Source of the DNA: Balanoglossus misakiensis | Taxonomy: Eukaryota; Animalia; Hemichordata | Length of the DNA stretch: 64,000 bases | Assembly (NCBI GenBank): GCA_040954595.2 | Contig: CM082587.2 | Coordinates: 4,886,206 to 4,950,205, forward strand | Direction of reading: 5' to 3' | Part shown: positions 63,101-64,000 of the stretch, piece after piece | Position numbering within the stretch: the first letter of the stretch is position 1 | How the letters are laid out: each line of letters opens with the position of its first letter | Notes under the pieces: model-generated | Databases searched by the model: none | The model's input: only the letters and a program-made list of their open reading frames with translations | Told to the model about the DNA's origin: nothing | Program-made: the position numbers and the translations under genes

Positions 63101-64000
63101 GCTTTCGTTCTTTGAAATGTCTGGCTGTGCTTCTCGACAGTGACGTCTTGGATGCGTCTCAACGATTGCAGCCTTGGCGGGCAGCGCCTAGCCGTGGCCT
63201 CGCTAATATGATTTGAAAACGGGAAATGGACCATGATGCGAGTGATTAATTTTAAATACGTCGGCGACACTCCTTGTAAATCGAATCGGGCATCGCGGTA
63301 ATTATTCACACGTTGCATTCACTGAAAAATTATTATGAGCGGCGTTCTCGGGTTATTGTGTCACGGGGATAGGGAAATGTGAATTTCATTTTTGATTAAG
63401 TTAAACGAACGTTGGCGTCTTCGGAAATGTGGTTAATGAACGATGTCGGAGGAATGAGCTCGGCATTTCCTTTTAACGCAAAAAGCCGGTTTGTTTTGCA
63501 ACACTCAGAAGTGCGCCGACGGGGCAGCACTGAAATCTGGGTCACGTTCACACAAACTATGGATGCAAACTATAGCCAAGGTTAAATCTCCTACTGTTTT
63601 CTCATTTTGCTTTAGTTTTGGACATGACTGTATGTCTTTCTTAAACCCAAATCATGGATAGTTTTTTCGGGGGGGGGGGGGGGGCAGGGCGCAGAGACAG
63701 CAGAAGTGGACAAAGACTGAGACTGCGCACAACTGCCAAGTTTTCGGAGGAGAAAAAAAAGAGACGTCGCAACGTCATAAAAAGTGAACTAAGGGCGATC
63801 AATAGAATATAATCACATTGAAAAAGGTGGTCTTCATTATTTACAAGCAAGACACCTTTGTTCGGATTAATTATTATTGTCCTTGATTGGTAACGACCAA
63901 ATTAAACAACTTCGTGATTAAGAGCTGGACAAAGCAAGGGATTATGGGGGATTACGGACCGAAATGGGATTAAGGGGTATTTAGCGGGCGCATCGATGTG

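Overview
Eukaryotic, intron-rich animal genomic DNA; an invertebrate deuterostome such as a hemichordate is plausible, but that is inference. Positions 1-8540 are a homogeneous 88-bp satellite, probably at a contig end, with a diverged inverted copy about 660 bp inside. A compact gene-dense block follows: two tandem cholinesterase-like carboxylesterases (+), each with a spliced GPI-signal-like last exon; a TESK-family kinase (-); a UDP-glycosyltransferase (-); METTL13 (+); a giant ~2700-aa unassigned protein (+); TBC1D13 (-) head-to-head with ZER1 (+); an intronless ankyrin/SOCS-box gene (-); and a 7-exon TSP1-domain type I membrane protein with a phosphotyrosine-motif-rich tail (+). The giant protein is the most unusual element. 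It is mostly low-complexity and contains 14 copies of an unrecognised ~35-aa repeat, 5 AKAP-like amphipathic helices, paired phospho-FFAT-like motifs and a recently expanded DPW array, arranged in recurring modules. All exon boundaries were placed by eye from GT/AG signals and frame continuity; no database searches were run.
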